In this document: one piece after another, positions 8,502-17,550 of the stretch
How positions within the stretch are numbered: position 1 is the first letter of the stretch
How the letters are laid out: the number at the start of each line of letters is the position of its first letter
Notes under the pieces: model-generated
What the model was told of the DNA's origin: nothing
Database searches by the model: none
The model's input: only the letters and a program-made list of their open reading frames with translations
Source: Candidatus Undinarchaeales archaeon
GTDB lineage: Archaea > SpSt-1190 > JASMDC01
DNA: 30,261 bases
NCBI GenBank assembly: GCA_030753015.1
Contig: JASMDC010000043.1
Coordinates: 1 to 30,261 of the forward strand
Reading direction: 5' to 3'
Program-made: the position numbers and the translations under genes

Positions 8502-9653
8502 ATGCCTTCAGTGCACAGCGGCGTCGGGGGTGACTACATAAAGGGTCTCATAGTCGGTATCGATCCCGGGACGACAACTGGTGTTGCCATGCTCGACCTG
8601 GACGGGAACGTTGTCCATGTGGAGAGCCGCCGGGAGTATCCTCGTGCCGACATCGTGTACACTCTTATCTCCCATGGCCGCCCCGCTGTGGTCGCCACCG
8701 ATGTGAATCCCACCCCCTCTGCGGTCGAACGCATCGCCCATACCTTCGGTGCTACGATCTACCGACCACACCATGTGCTCGCTGTTGAAGAGAAGACACG
8801 GCTCGTGCGCGATATCCCCGGTGTCACCGACTCCCACCGGCGCGACGCCTTGGCGTGCGCTATCAAGGCCTACGACGATGTGCGACAGAACCTAGACAGG
8901 GTCGACAGGAAGGCGCGGGATGCCGAGCTCGACGACGTCCTGCGCGAAGAGGTGCGTGTCCGTGTGCTCCGCGGTGACTCGCCCAGCATCGACGCTGCGA
9001 TCCGCGAGGTGAGCGTGGAGGTGCATGAGGAGGCCAAGGTCGAGGCCGGTGCTCCCGCGGAGCCGCACGTCCACCGCTCGCGTGCCCTGCGTCGGGAGGT
9101 CGTGCTCCTCCGGGAGTACAAGGACCATCTCGAGGTACGCGTGGAATCACTGGAGCACAGGGTGATGGGACTCCTGGGGAAGCTGGACCGTGTCCGTAAG
9201 GGTGGCGAGCGGGAGGCGTTCGCCAGTAAGGCCGTGCGCACCCTCGACGGTCGCATCAAGAACCTCGCCTCGCGTCTCGAACACCAGCGAAAGGAGAACA
9301 ACGAGCTGAAACGCGCAAATCGTCGTCTGGAGGTCCGGGCGAGGATGGCCCTTGAGGGGCTCGTCCCCGTGGAGCGTCCGACAGCGTGCAAGGACGGGGA
9401 CGTTGTCGTGGTCACGCGTCCGTCGCAAGCGCGTCATCTGCACTGCCGTCCGCTCCTCGTGCTCTCCACGTTCCCTGACCCACCCATCCCCACCGGAGTG
9501 CCCTGGATTCGCCGCAAGGCGCTGAAGGTCACCCAGAACGGTGGCGAGTGGTTCGTATCACGACAGGCGGCCGAGCAAGCAGCGTACAAGCGTGAGCGCT
9601 CCAAGCTTATCGATGTCGTGGACGAGTACAAGCACCGCGATGACGACGAGTGA
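8502..9653 (+). CDS. DUF460 domain protein (RNase H-like fold plus coiled coil)
   Basis: LIVGIDPGTTTG, G.P.VVATDV.P.P, EEK..L and DSHRRDALA.A motifs, then a long coiled coil. The true start may be ATA 8538 (see findings). Confidence 0.85.
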   Translation: MPSVHSGVGGDYIKGLIVGIDPGTTTGVAMLDLDGNVVHVESRREYPRADIVYTLISHGRPAVVATDVNPTPSAVERIAHTFGATIYRPHHVLAVEEKTRLVRDIPGVTDSHRRDALACAIKAYDDVRQNLDRVDRKARDAELDDVLREEVRVRVLRGDSPSIDAAIREVSVEVHEEAKVEAGAPAEPHVHRSRALRREVVLLREYKDHLEVRVESLEHRVMGLLGKLDRVRKGGEREAFASKAVRTLDGRIKNLASRLEHQRKENNELKRANRRLEVRARMALEGLVPVERPTACKDGDVVVVTRPSQARHLHCRPLLVLSTFPDPPIPTGVPWIRRKALKVTQNGGEWFVSRQAAEQAAYKRERSKLIDVVDEYKHRDDDE

Positions 9654-9659
9654 GAACGT

Positions 9660-10682
9660 TCATCGATGTGCCGCTAGGCGCAGGGTGTTGAGTATCGCCT
9701 CCAGATGGAGCGAGAACATGAGGTTCAGTTCCATGAACGAGAAGGTCGAGCAGGCGCTACACGGGAGCGGGAGCAGTGCATCGAACGCCTCCCGGAATCC
9801 GACCTCTAGAGCGTTCTTCGGATTGCCCTCGTCCCGCAGCTGGATACAGGGATAAACATCGCCGTTGCAGTTGATATGGCAGAAGAACCGTCCCGCATAG
9901 CACGGTACACGCCGGGCCTCCACGGGAGCGTCCTTCAGGTACATGGTGTGGGTGAAGTCGGGCCAGTCCCGCATGAACCGCAAGTAGGACAAGGAGTTGA
10001 CGACGGGGCGCCCCTTGCGCTTCTCGTCCATCAACCGGTCAATGGTGGCGACATAGTCGTCTTTCGAGGCGAAGAGGGCACTGGTATCGCCAGTGGTCTC
10101 CTTCACCTGACAGAGTGGTGTGAAATACGTGGAGAAGTCATGCTGCTCTGCGGTTTCCAGGATGAGGTCTATGTCGCCGATGGAGTAGTTGGTAAGCACC
10201 GTGGTGGTCCAGACACGGATGCCCGATCGGCGAGCGAGCTTGATGGCCTCGATCACTTGGTCGTACGATCCCTCCTGACGATACCGGTCATGTGCATTGG
10301 GACCGTCGAACGAGAGCACAAGTGCATCGAGGTTCCGGACCTCCTCGATCTTCTTGGGGAGCAGCGATCCGTTCGTGCCCATGGTGACGAACAGTCCCCG
10401 CCGCTTGCAGTGGTCGATGACCTCGCCGATATCCTTCCGCAGGAGCGGTTCCCCTCCCTGGATACCGATCCGCTGGGTACCCGCTGCGGCCATTTCGTCC
10501 ACGAGTTGCAGAATCTGCTCGGTGGTCATCTCCTTCGCGGGCCGCGCCCCCACATGGCAGTATGAGCAGTTGAAGTTGCATCTGTTGGTGATCGAGAGTA
10601 TAACAGAGAGAGGCGTGGTGCGAGCGAGCAGATGGAGGCGGAGCATGGCCATGGCCGTGCCGAGCGCATTGCGCAGCACCAC
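9660..10682 (-). CDS. Radical SAM protein with Twitch/SPASM-like C-terminus
   Basis: CNFNCSYC, GGEPLLR, TNG, SFDG; C-terminal CYAG...NGDVYPC...CSAC. Confidence 0.9.
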   Translation of the reverse strand: MVLRNALGTAMAMLRLHLLARTTPLSVILSITNRCNFNCSYCHVGARPAKEMTTEQILQLVDEMAAAGTQRIGIQGGEPLLRKDIGEVIDHCKRRGLFVTMGTNGSLLPKKIEEVRNLDALVLSFDGPNAHDRYRQEGSYDQVIEAIKLARRSGIRVWTTTVLTNYSIGDIDLILETAEQHDFSTYFTPLCQVKETTGDTSALFASKDDYVATIDRLMDEKRKGRPVVNSLSYLRFMRDWPDFTHTMYLKDAPVEARRVPCYAGRFFCHINCNGDVYPCIQLRDEGNPKNALEVGFREAFDALLPLPCSACSTFSFMELNLMFSLHLEAILNTLRLAAHR

Positions 10683-10705
10683 GAAGGTCCATTCCTTCCC
10701 CTTGG

Positions 10706-10779
10706 TATAAAAACTTGATGGTCACGCGTCCCGTCGGACAGACGTTGGCGCCCCCCCACCATGAGTAGTTTTTTATATA
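10706..10779. promoter_or_regulatory. Divergent TATA boxes of the radical SAM locus
   Basis: TATAAAAA at 10706-10713 (minus-strand TTTTTATA, 24 nt before GTG 10682). TTTTATATA at 10771-10779 precedes SD GGTGA (10804-10808) and ATG 10816. Confidence 0.65.
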
Positions 10780-10815
10780 CAAGGGACGTCTCGCCATTCC
10801 AACGGTGAGAACTCT

Positions 10816-12525
10816 ATGAAGCGCGCAATAATCGTAACGTTCATGCTACTCTGGCTCTCGACGGCCGCGGTGGACTGGACCGGAGTCCAACCCCTGGTCA
10901 CCGATTCGGCCGGCGACCAGCTTGAGGATCTTGCGGACATCCAGGCCGTCTATGTCCAGATGGACGATACATATCTCCACATCCGGGCAGAGATGGGCGA
11001 TGCCAACATGAAGAACGACGACATGCTGGAGTTCCGTTTCGATACCGATCTCGACTGGCAGCCGGACTTCTCCACGAACTTCTACCTCAACGATAGGCTC
11101 GTCCTTTTCCGGTACGGAGAGCAGTTACAGCGTCTCCCGACCGGTAACGCCACGCTCTCCCACCAGGGACGGAACATAGACATAGCCATCCCACTAGTGC
11201 TCCTGGACGAGCCCGCGCGGATGAACATCGCTCTCTCGCTCTGGTCACGGACGCTCATCAGCAATGACACAGAGGTTGTCGACGAGCTTTCTCCCGCGTG
11301 GTACCTCTTTCCATCCGGATCAATCGAGCAGTGGAGCGGTCATGACTGGACCGGTGTTGAGCAGCTTGGCGACCTCGATCCGGAGGGCGACGCCTTGGGC
11401 ACGTCCGACATCCGAGCGCTCTACGTGACGAATGACACCGAGCACCTCTACCTCCGGCTCGACATAGACGGGATCACTGCCCCGGAAGATGTCGTCATCG
11501 AGTTCCTTCTGGACACCGACTTCGACGACGTGATCGACTTCTCCACGAACCTCCATACCATGGGACCGCTCTATCTGTTCAAGCACGAACCCGAGTTCAT
11601 CCAGTTACCACCGGGAACCCTCGCGCTGGCGACCGTAGATAAGGGGTACCAGGTCCGCATCCCGCTCGCTGCCATCGGCAATCCGCGCGCTATGCTCATC
11701 GGCGTCGGCCAATGGGGCTCCACCGACCTAGGCCCGTTCCTCCTCGACGAGATGCCGTTCTACGAGCGTTCCTATCCACCCGGGGCCGTCTCGCGATGGG
11801 GTGGCCATGACTGGACCGGCATCCCACCGCTCGCGGTCGATCCACGGAACGATAGCCCCGAGAGCACCGACCTCAAGAGCCTCTATATGGTCAACGACAC
11901 TACCTACGTCTACCTGCGCGTGGACCACTACACGACCAGGATTAATCCGGGCGACCTATACGAGTTCCTCTTCGACATCGACATGGATACCAAGCCAGAT
12001 TATTCCACGAACTTCTACCCGAGCGGTTCGAAGAGCCTGTTCAAGGAGAAGCCCACACTCACCCGTGTCGATGCTTTGGACTCGGAGGTAACCTACCACG
12101 ACAACGTGTTCGAGGCACGCGTTCCGCTCACTGCTATCGGCTCTCCCGCCGCCATGCGGATCGGCGTCACCGTCACCTCGATAGCCGAGGCCAACCGTAC
12201 CATGGGTAAGGAGCCGTCCGACATCCTCCTCCAGCACGGGTTCGACATAGTCAAGAACGTCCCCGTAACGGAGACCGACTATCTGTACATCGTCTATCTC
12301 CTCGTAATCATCGGCCTGCTCGCGTTCATCGCCCAGGACATCATGACCGAGGAACGCAAACCCAGCCCGAAGAAGAAGAAGAAGAAGAAGAAGAAGAAAA
12401 AGGACAAGGACGAACCGGCTGAGGAGAAGGACAAGAAGGCCAAGCCCAAGAAGAAGAAAAAGAAGTCGACACCCAAGGCCGATACCGAGAAGAAGAAAGT
12501 CGGGACGCGTGTGGAAGAGGCGTAA
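10816..12525 (+). CDS. Membrane-anchored surface protein with three ~155-aa acidic repeats and a poly-Lys cytoplasmic tail
   Basis: Signal peptide; three units DWTG[VI]..L..D...D....D[IL]...Y...D...L..R...EF..D.D.D...D[FY]STN; TM YLYIVYLLVIIGLLAFIA; K11 run. Confidence 0.85.
   Translation: MKRAIIVTFMLLWLSTAAVDWTGVQPLVTDSAGDQLEDLADIQAVYVQMDDTYLHIRAEMGDANMKNDDMLEFRFDTDLDWQPDFSTNFYLNDRLVLFRYGEQLQRLPTGNATLSHQGRNIDIAIPLVLLDEPARMNIALSLWSRTLISNDTEVVDELSPAWYLFPSGSIEQWSGHDWTGVEQLGDLDPEGDALGTSDIRALYVTNDTEHLYLRLDIDGITAPEDVVIEFLLDTDFDDVIDFSTNLHTMGPLYLFKHEPEFIQLPPGTLALATVDKGYQVRIPLAAIGNPRAMLIGVGQWGSTDLGPFLLDEMPFYERSYPPGAVSRWGGHDWTGIPPLAVDPRNDSPESTDLKSLYMVNDTTYVYLRVDHYTTRINPGDLYEFLFDIDMDTKPDYSTNFYPSGSKSLFKEKPTLTRVDALDSEVTYHDNVFEARVPLTAIGSPAAMRIGVTVTSIAEANRTMGKEPSDILLQHGFDIVKNVPVTETDYLYIVYLLVIIGLLAFIAQDIMTEERKPSPKKKKKKKKKKKDKDEPAEEKDKKAKPKKKKKKSTPKADTEKKKVGTRVEEA
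12370..12396 (+). repeat. (AAG)9 trinucleotide repeat encoding poly-Lys
   Basis: Read directly from the sequence. Confidence 0.9.
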
Positions 12526-12529
12526 CGGA

Positions 12530-13525
12530 GTGAGCGAGGAACGGACGGTTACTCGACCGCGTAGGCGGATGGACCTGCGCATGGGTTTCGCCTGCAACAA
12601 CAATTGCCAGTTCTGCGTCGTGGGGGACGAGAAGCGGCGGACACATGACATGGTCACTGCGGATGTTAAGGCCTCCATCGACGCCGCTCGAGAGGGGGGT
12701 GTCACGACCCTGGTGTTCACCGGAGGTGAGCCGACGATCCGTAAGGACCTCGTCGAGCTCGTGACCCATGCCGGTGGCCTCGGTTTCCAAGACATCATCC
12801 TCATCTCTAACGGCCGCATGCTCTCGTACCCCGACTACTTGCGCGACCTCGTGCGTGCAGGCCTCACCACGGTCTCCATGTCGCTGCCGTCTCACCACCC
12901 GAAGCTCTACGAGCACCTGACGCGGAGCCCTGGGGGCTGGCGTCACCTCATGAAGGCATTCGACAACGTCGCCGAGCATCCCCTCACGGTATGCACGATC
13001 ACCTGCATCACCAAGCCGGCCGTGGCAGACCTTCCTGATACTGCCCGCTTCCTCGTCAAGCAGCAGGAGCGGTTCCACCGGTATTTCGGCGAGCTCATCT
13101 TCGTTCATCCCGCGGGCAATGCCCTTGCCAACTGGCGGGACATCGTGCCCCGGATGAGTACCGCGTCACCCCTCGTCCACGCCGCCCTCGACATCGCAGA
13201 GGAGGCCGACATTATCCTGAACGTGGAGGCGATCCCTCTTTGCCACATGCAGGGGTACGAGTCCCATATAATCGAACTGGCCATGGCCCCTGAATGGGAG
13301 ATGCGCGAGCCGGGGATCACCGGTCTCGACCAGAACCAGGCCCGGCGCGAGCGGAACAAGCACAAGGAGCCGAGCTGCCGCAGCTGCAGGTACGACGCCG
13401 TGTGCGAGGGTCCTTGGGCCGGGTATGTCGGCTTATTCGGGTTCGAGGAGTTCCACCCCATATCGGGTGAGCCCGTGACCGATCCTGCGACGCTCCTGGC
13501 AGTAGCGCGTCCGGGAGGTGCGTGA
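12530..13525 (+). CDS. Radical SAM protein, HxsC-like
   Basis: GFACNNNCQFC, FTGGEPTIR, SNGRML, EAIPLC; C-terminal CRSCRYDAVCEG.W..Y...FG.EEF.P. GTG 12530 is 4 nt after the upstream stop. Confidence 0.85.
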   Translation: MSEERTVTRPRRRMDLRMGFACNNNCQFCVVGDEKRRTHDMVTADVKASIDAAREGGVTTLVFTGGEPTIRKDLVELVTHAGGLGFQDIILISNGRMLSYPDYLRDLVRAGLTTVSMSLPSHHPKLYEHLTRSPGGWRHLMKAFDNVAEHPLTVCTITCITKPAVADLPDTARFLVKQQERFHRYFGELIFVHPAGNALANWRDIVPRMSTASPLVHAALDIAEEADIILNVEAIPLCHMQGYESHIIELAMAPEWEMREPGITGLDQNQARRERNKHKEPSCRSCRYDAVCEGPWAGYVGLFGFEEFHPISGEPVTDPATLLAVARPGGA

Positions 13526-14925
13526 GCATGGTGGAGAAGGAAGAACGGCCCGTGGTGCGCGAGGGCGAGAGCGTTTGCCCGCGCTGTTTCATGCGCATAC
13601 CCTCCAAGATGGTGGAGCAGGATGGTATGATATTCATGGAGAAGACCTGCCCCGAACATGGCTTGTTCTCCGTTCCGATCTCACGGTACGCATGGTATTT
13701 CACCGGGCTGCGGTCCTACTATGATTCCCTTGTCGCCAGGAACGAGCCGCCGGACGCGAAGGACCAGGCGATGTACACCCTGTTCCTCAACATGCGGTGC
13801 AATATGAACTGCCCCATCTGCTTCACCGACGCGAACCGGGATTACTCGGAGCCCGACCTGGCGTTCATCGAGAAATCGCTGGAGGGGATGCATGGCGTCC
13901 AGATCAACCTCTTCGGGGGCGAGCCCACGGTACGCGACGACCTCCCCGAGATCATCAGTATCGTCCGCAAGAGCGGTAACATCCCGCTCCTCTTCACCAA
14001 CGGTCTGAAACTCGTCGACATCGATTACCTCCGGTCGTTGAAGGAGGCGGGGCTCGAGGAGGTCCATCTCCAGTTCGACGGATTCGAGGAGGCGGCCTAT
14101 CTCAGGTTCCGCCGACAGCGACTAGTGGACACCAAGGTCAAGGGGCTCGAGAACCTCAAGGAGCTGGACATCGCGACGGTCCTTGAGACCACCATCGCTC
14201 GGGACGTGAACTCCGACCAGCTCAACCGCATCCTCGACTACGCCGTGCACAACGACTTCATCAAGGCCATCGCCTTCCGCTCCTACTCGGTTCTGGGCAA
14301 GGCGGGCCTGGGACCGGACAGCTGCTTCACCCTCGAGGACCTCGTAGATCTCCTGGACCTCCAGACCAACGGACGGATCAACTTGCGCGACGTGTTCTTC
14401 TTCCAGCGCATGCTGTTCGCGCTCTTCCACATCCTGGGCATCAGCACTTGCTTCTACAACCACTACTACCTGCTCTACCGCCGGGAGGGTGGCGAGTACG
14501 ACACGATCAGCGAGCTTGTGGACATCGATGGGCTCGAGTACGATCCGGAGGATCTGAAGACGAACATACCCGGCTTCATCGCCCGGTTGTTGCCCCGGTT
14601 CACATCGGCCGGCGCCCGGAAGGTCATGTGGGATATACTTGCGACCATGGCCGATCGTCTTGGCTACGGACAGCGGTTCTATTACTCCCAGCATCGCCAC
14701 ACACGTGACATGCTCGTGCTCGGGTTCGAGAAGGCCTGTGACCGGTACACCTTCGACTACGAGCACGTGTCGAACTGCCCGGGCGGCGAGATCACGACCA
14801 CCGATGGTATCACCACATCGTTCTCCCTCGGGAACATCAAACGCGACAAGAAGGCGGTTCAGCGGGGACGCTCCGGTCCGAAACCCACCAGCAGTGACGA
14901 CTCGCCCTGCCGCAGCATCGGGTAG
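13522..14925 (+). CDS. Radical SAM protein distantly related to tetraether synthase (Tes/MJ0619 family)
   Basis: N-terminal SVCPRC...MEKTCPEHG rubredoxin-like motif, CNMNCPICF, GGEPTVR, TNG, HLQFDG. GTGA overlap with the upstream gene and GGAGG SD. Confidence 0.8.
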   Translation: MSMVEKEERPVVREGESVCPRCFMRIPSKMVEQDGMIFMEKTCPEHGLFSVPISRYAWYFTGLRSYYDSLVARNEPPDAKDQAMYTLFLNMRCNMNCPICFTDANRDYSEPDLAFIEKSLEGMHGVQINLFGGEPTVRDDLPEIISIVRKSGNIPLLFTNGLKLVDIDYLRSLKEAGLEEVHLQFDGFEEAAYLRFRRQRLVDTKVKGLENLKELDIATVLETTIARDVNSDQLNRILDYAVHNDFIKAIAFRSYSVLGKAGLGPDSCFTLEDLVDLLDLQTNGRINLRDVFFFQRMLFALFHILGISTCFYNHYYLLYRREGGEYDTISELVDIDGLEYDPEDLKTNIPGFIARLLPRFTSAGARKVMWDILATMADRLGYGQRFYYSQHRHTRDMLVLGFEKACDRYTFDYEHVSNCPGGEITTTDGITTSFSLGNIKRDKKAVQRGRSGPKPTSSDDSPCRSIG

Positions 14926-15548
14926 AGCTCGACGAGCAGTCCATGTGCGGCGACCGAAGGGGAGCCCACCGTCGCACCCGGGAGCGTTGGGAATGTCGTG
15001 GGAACGAGCACCACCCAGGGGATGTTCAGGTGCGATACATCGATCTCGGGGTAGATCCCATACCCGGGCCGTAGCTGTGCTAGCTCGACGGTCCCGAGGT
15101 CCTCCTCACCTATGATGTCGGTCCCCGACAGCACCACGCCGGTGGGCAGCGTCGGCGGTGGCAGCGTCTCGTCGTGGGCGAGCACCGCGCACACGTCATA
15201 CAGTAGGGCATCGAGGGCCCCGGCGTTGAACACGTTCTCGCCTTCAGCCTTGTATTCCGTGTCGGTGATGGAGGCACGTTCGTCAGGTCCTACCCAGCCC
15301 ATGAACCGCAATCCGGACGTCCGCTCCACCGCGTCCTCGATAGCGGACCGGTCCGTTCGTGAGGATGGTTCGACCGGTCGCGCTGTAGCGTTGAAACGCG
15401 AGGGCGGATCGGGCAGGTCGCCGCCAGCTACGAATTCACTACATCCATCGCATGACCATCGTGCCCTACGGATCTCAGAATCGCGTACGAGCCGGCCGCC
15501 GCGACAGGTCGAAAAGCATGGAAAGGCCGCGCAGCGTGGCGAGGGCAT
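14859..15548 (-). CDS. Hypothetical protein (~229 aa) with Cys-rich N-terminus
   Basis: ATG 15548 is ~24 nt downstream of minus-strand TATTAAAA (15572-15579). Fills an otherwise empty gap; 67-nt convergent overlap with the Tes-like gene. Start uncertain. Confidence 0.55.
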   Translation of the reverse strand: MPSPRCAAFPCFSTCRGGRLVRDSEIRRARWSCDGCSEFVAGGDLPDPPSRFNATARPVEPSSRTDRSAIEDAVERTSGLRFMGWVGPDERASITDTEYKAEGENVFNAGALDALLYDVCAVLAHDETLPPPTLPTGVVLSGTDIIGEEDLGTVELAQLRPGYGIYPEIDVSHLNIPWVVLVPTTFPTLPGATVGSPSVAAHGLLVELYPMLRQGESSLLVGFGPERPR

Positions 15549-15627
15549 TGGATGTAATCGCCAACACAATCTTTTAATATCGAAGCGTTCTGGTTGAGAA
15601 CTCAGGAAATTCAAGGAGTTATTACAT

Positions 15628-16539
15628 ATGACAAAAGGAAATGCGTTCATCAATCATCATTACCCCGGAGAGCGCATCATATCGCTCAAGGCGACACTCA
15701 TCGTCGCGCTCCTGCTGACCGTGGCCCTGTTCGCGGGGTGCACTTCCGGGGACGGGCCTGCCACGCCCTCCGGTGAGCAGGGGGACGTGCGCATAATCTC
15801 CATTTCTCCCGGGACCACGGAGATCGTGTTCGCCCTTGGGATGGGGGATAAAATGGTAGGGGTCACCACGTACTGTAACTATCCTCCCGCGGCCCTCGAG
15901 GTCGAGAAAGTGGGCGACGTTCTCAATCCCTCCGTGGAGCGAATCGTCTCGCTCAAGCCGACCCTTGTGCTCGGGATCGTCGACCAGTCCGCCGTGGCCG
16001 AACGGTTGACCCCCCACGGTATCAACGTCCACCTCATGAACGCCACTTCGCTCGACGGTGTCATGGATGAGATGGCTACCATAGCCCGGCTAACGGGAGC
16101 GGGCGAGGAGGGCGAGCGTATCGTTGCCGACCTCCGTGGCCGCATCGCAGCTGTCCGGGAGCGCACTACCACCCTCGATGAGACGGCCCGACCTACGGTG
16201 TTCGTCGAGGTGTGGGACGAGCCGCTGATGAGCGCCGGACCGGGCACGTTCACGCACGACGTCGTTATCTCCGCCGGCGGGCGTCCTGCCCTGGACCTCA
16301 CAATGCCATGGCCTAACGTGGACGCTGAGGCCGTCATCGTGGCCAAGCCCCAGGTCGTGCTCCTCACACATACGAACCGCACGATCGAGCACCTGCGCGC
16401 ACGGCCCGGCTGGAACGCCATCCCTGCTGTAAAGGACGAACGCGTGTACCTCATCGATCCAGACGCTGTATCGCGTCCAGGCCCTCGCATAGTGGATGCA
16501 GTCGAGGAGGTGGCTGACCGGCTTCATGGCAACGGGTGA
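15628..16539 (+). CDS. btuF: Cobalamin/Fe-siderophore ABC transporter substrate-binding lipoprotein (BtuF-like)
   Basis: Lipobox LFAGC; RIISISPGTTEIVFALG, VGVTTYCNYP, PSVERIVSLKP, SRPGPRI. Substrate is inferred. Confidence 0.85.
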   Translation: MTKGNAFINHHYPGERIISLKATLIVALLLTVALFAGCTSGDGPATPSGEQGDVRIISISPGTTEIVFALGMGDKMVGVTTYCNYPPAALEVEKVGDVLNPSVERIVSLKPTLVLGIVDQSAVAERLTPHGINVHLMNATSLDGVMDEMATIARLTGAGEEGERIVADLRGRIAAVRERTTTLDETARPTVFVEVWDEPLMSAGPGTFTHDVVISAGGRPALDLTMPWPNVDAEAVIVAKPQVVLLTHTNRTIEHLRARPGWNAIPAVKDERVYLIDPDAVSRPGPRIVDAVEEVADRLHGNG

Positions 16540-17548
16540 CGCCGCGGTCCCTCGCCACGGACGCGCGCTCGGTGCTCTCCTCGCCGTGGCCATGCCAATC
16601 GTCGTGATCATCGCGCTCTCATCCGGCCCCGCCGATGTCGGTGTCGGTGACGTAGCTTCGGTGCTCCGCGCTCACGCTAATCTGGGGCCACAGGTTGACG
16701 GGACGACCGACGCCATCGTGTGGGACATGCGCCTTCCCCGTGTCGTGCTGGCACTTGTTACCGGGGCTGCGCTCTCTCTGGCCGGTGTTGCGTTCCAGAC
16801 ACTGCTGCGCAATCCCCTGGCCGATCCATTCATCATCGGTGTGTCCTCGGGTGCATCTCTTGCGGCCTCCCTGGCGCTCGCATTCGGTACGAGCGCCCTC
16901 GTCCCTCCTGCGGGATTCATCGGCGGTCTGATCACCGTGTACGTCGTGTACCAGCTGGCCCTTGAGGGCGGTGAGGTGTCGGTGCGGACCATGCTCCTTG
17001 CAGGCGTCGTGGTATCGTCGTTCCTCTCGTCGTGCACCACCCTCCTGCTCATCATCATGGGCCGTGACATGCACAAGGTCGTGTTCTGGCTCATGGGGAG
17101 CCTCGAGCCCACGGGAACCACAGTGGGGCTCCTCCCCATCGTTGTACTGGCGACGGCGCTCGGCGGGCTCGTCCTCATGGCAATGGCCCGCGACCTCAAT
17201 CTCCTCCTTCTGGGGGAGGACCACGCCCGTCATCTCGGATGTGACGTGCCGCGTACCAAGACCGTGTGCTTCGTCTGCGCGTCACTGCTGGCAGGGGTCG
17301 TCGTATCTGTCACCGGGCTCATCGGGTTTGTTGGATTGGTCGTACCCCACATGGTGCGCCTCATCGCTGGCCCGGACAACCGGATCCTGTTACCCCACTC
17401 GGCCGTCTTGGGCGGTATCTTCCTGGTCCTCGCGGACCTCGTCGCCCGCACCGTTATCTCTCCCGAGCAGATCCCGGTCGGGACCATCACCGGGTTCGTT
17501 GGCGGTCCCTTCTTCCTCTATCTCCTCGTCCGGTCAAGGAGGATTTAA
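16526..17548 (+). CDS. btuC: FecCD/BtuC family ABC permease
   Basis: MRLPRV, RNPLADPFIIGVSSGA, WLMGSL, IGFVGLVVPH, IPVG..T...GGPFFLYLL. Confidence 0.92.
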   Translation: MATGDAAVPRHGRALGALLAVAMPIVVIIALSSGPADVGVGDVASVLRAHANLGPQVDGTTDAIVWDMRLPRVVLALVTGAALSLAGVAFQTLLRNPLADPFIIGVSSGASLAASLALAFGTSALVPPAGFIGGLITVYVVYQLALEGGEVSVRTMLLAGVVVSSFLSSCTTLLLIIMGRDMHKVVFWLMGSLEPTGTTVGLLPIVVLATALGGLVLMAMARDLNLLLLGEDHARHLGCDVPRTKTVCFVCASLLAGVVVSVTGLIGFVGLVVPHMVRLIAGPDNRILLPHSAVLGGIFLVLADLVARTVISPEQIPVGTITGFVGGPFFLYLLVRSRRI

Positions 17549-17550
17549 CG

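Noticed and set aside
10806-10814. TGAGAACTC shared with the btuF upstream region (15595-15603)
   Set aside because: A 9-bp match overlapping the SD. Too short to support a shared regulon.
17266-17550. N-terminal extensions in the ORF track for btuD, the DUF4443 gene (18605) and the lipoprotein (3887)
   Set aside because: They overlap upstream genes. SD or TATA signals and domain boundaries support later starts.
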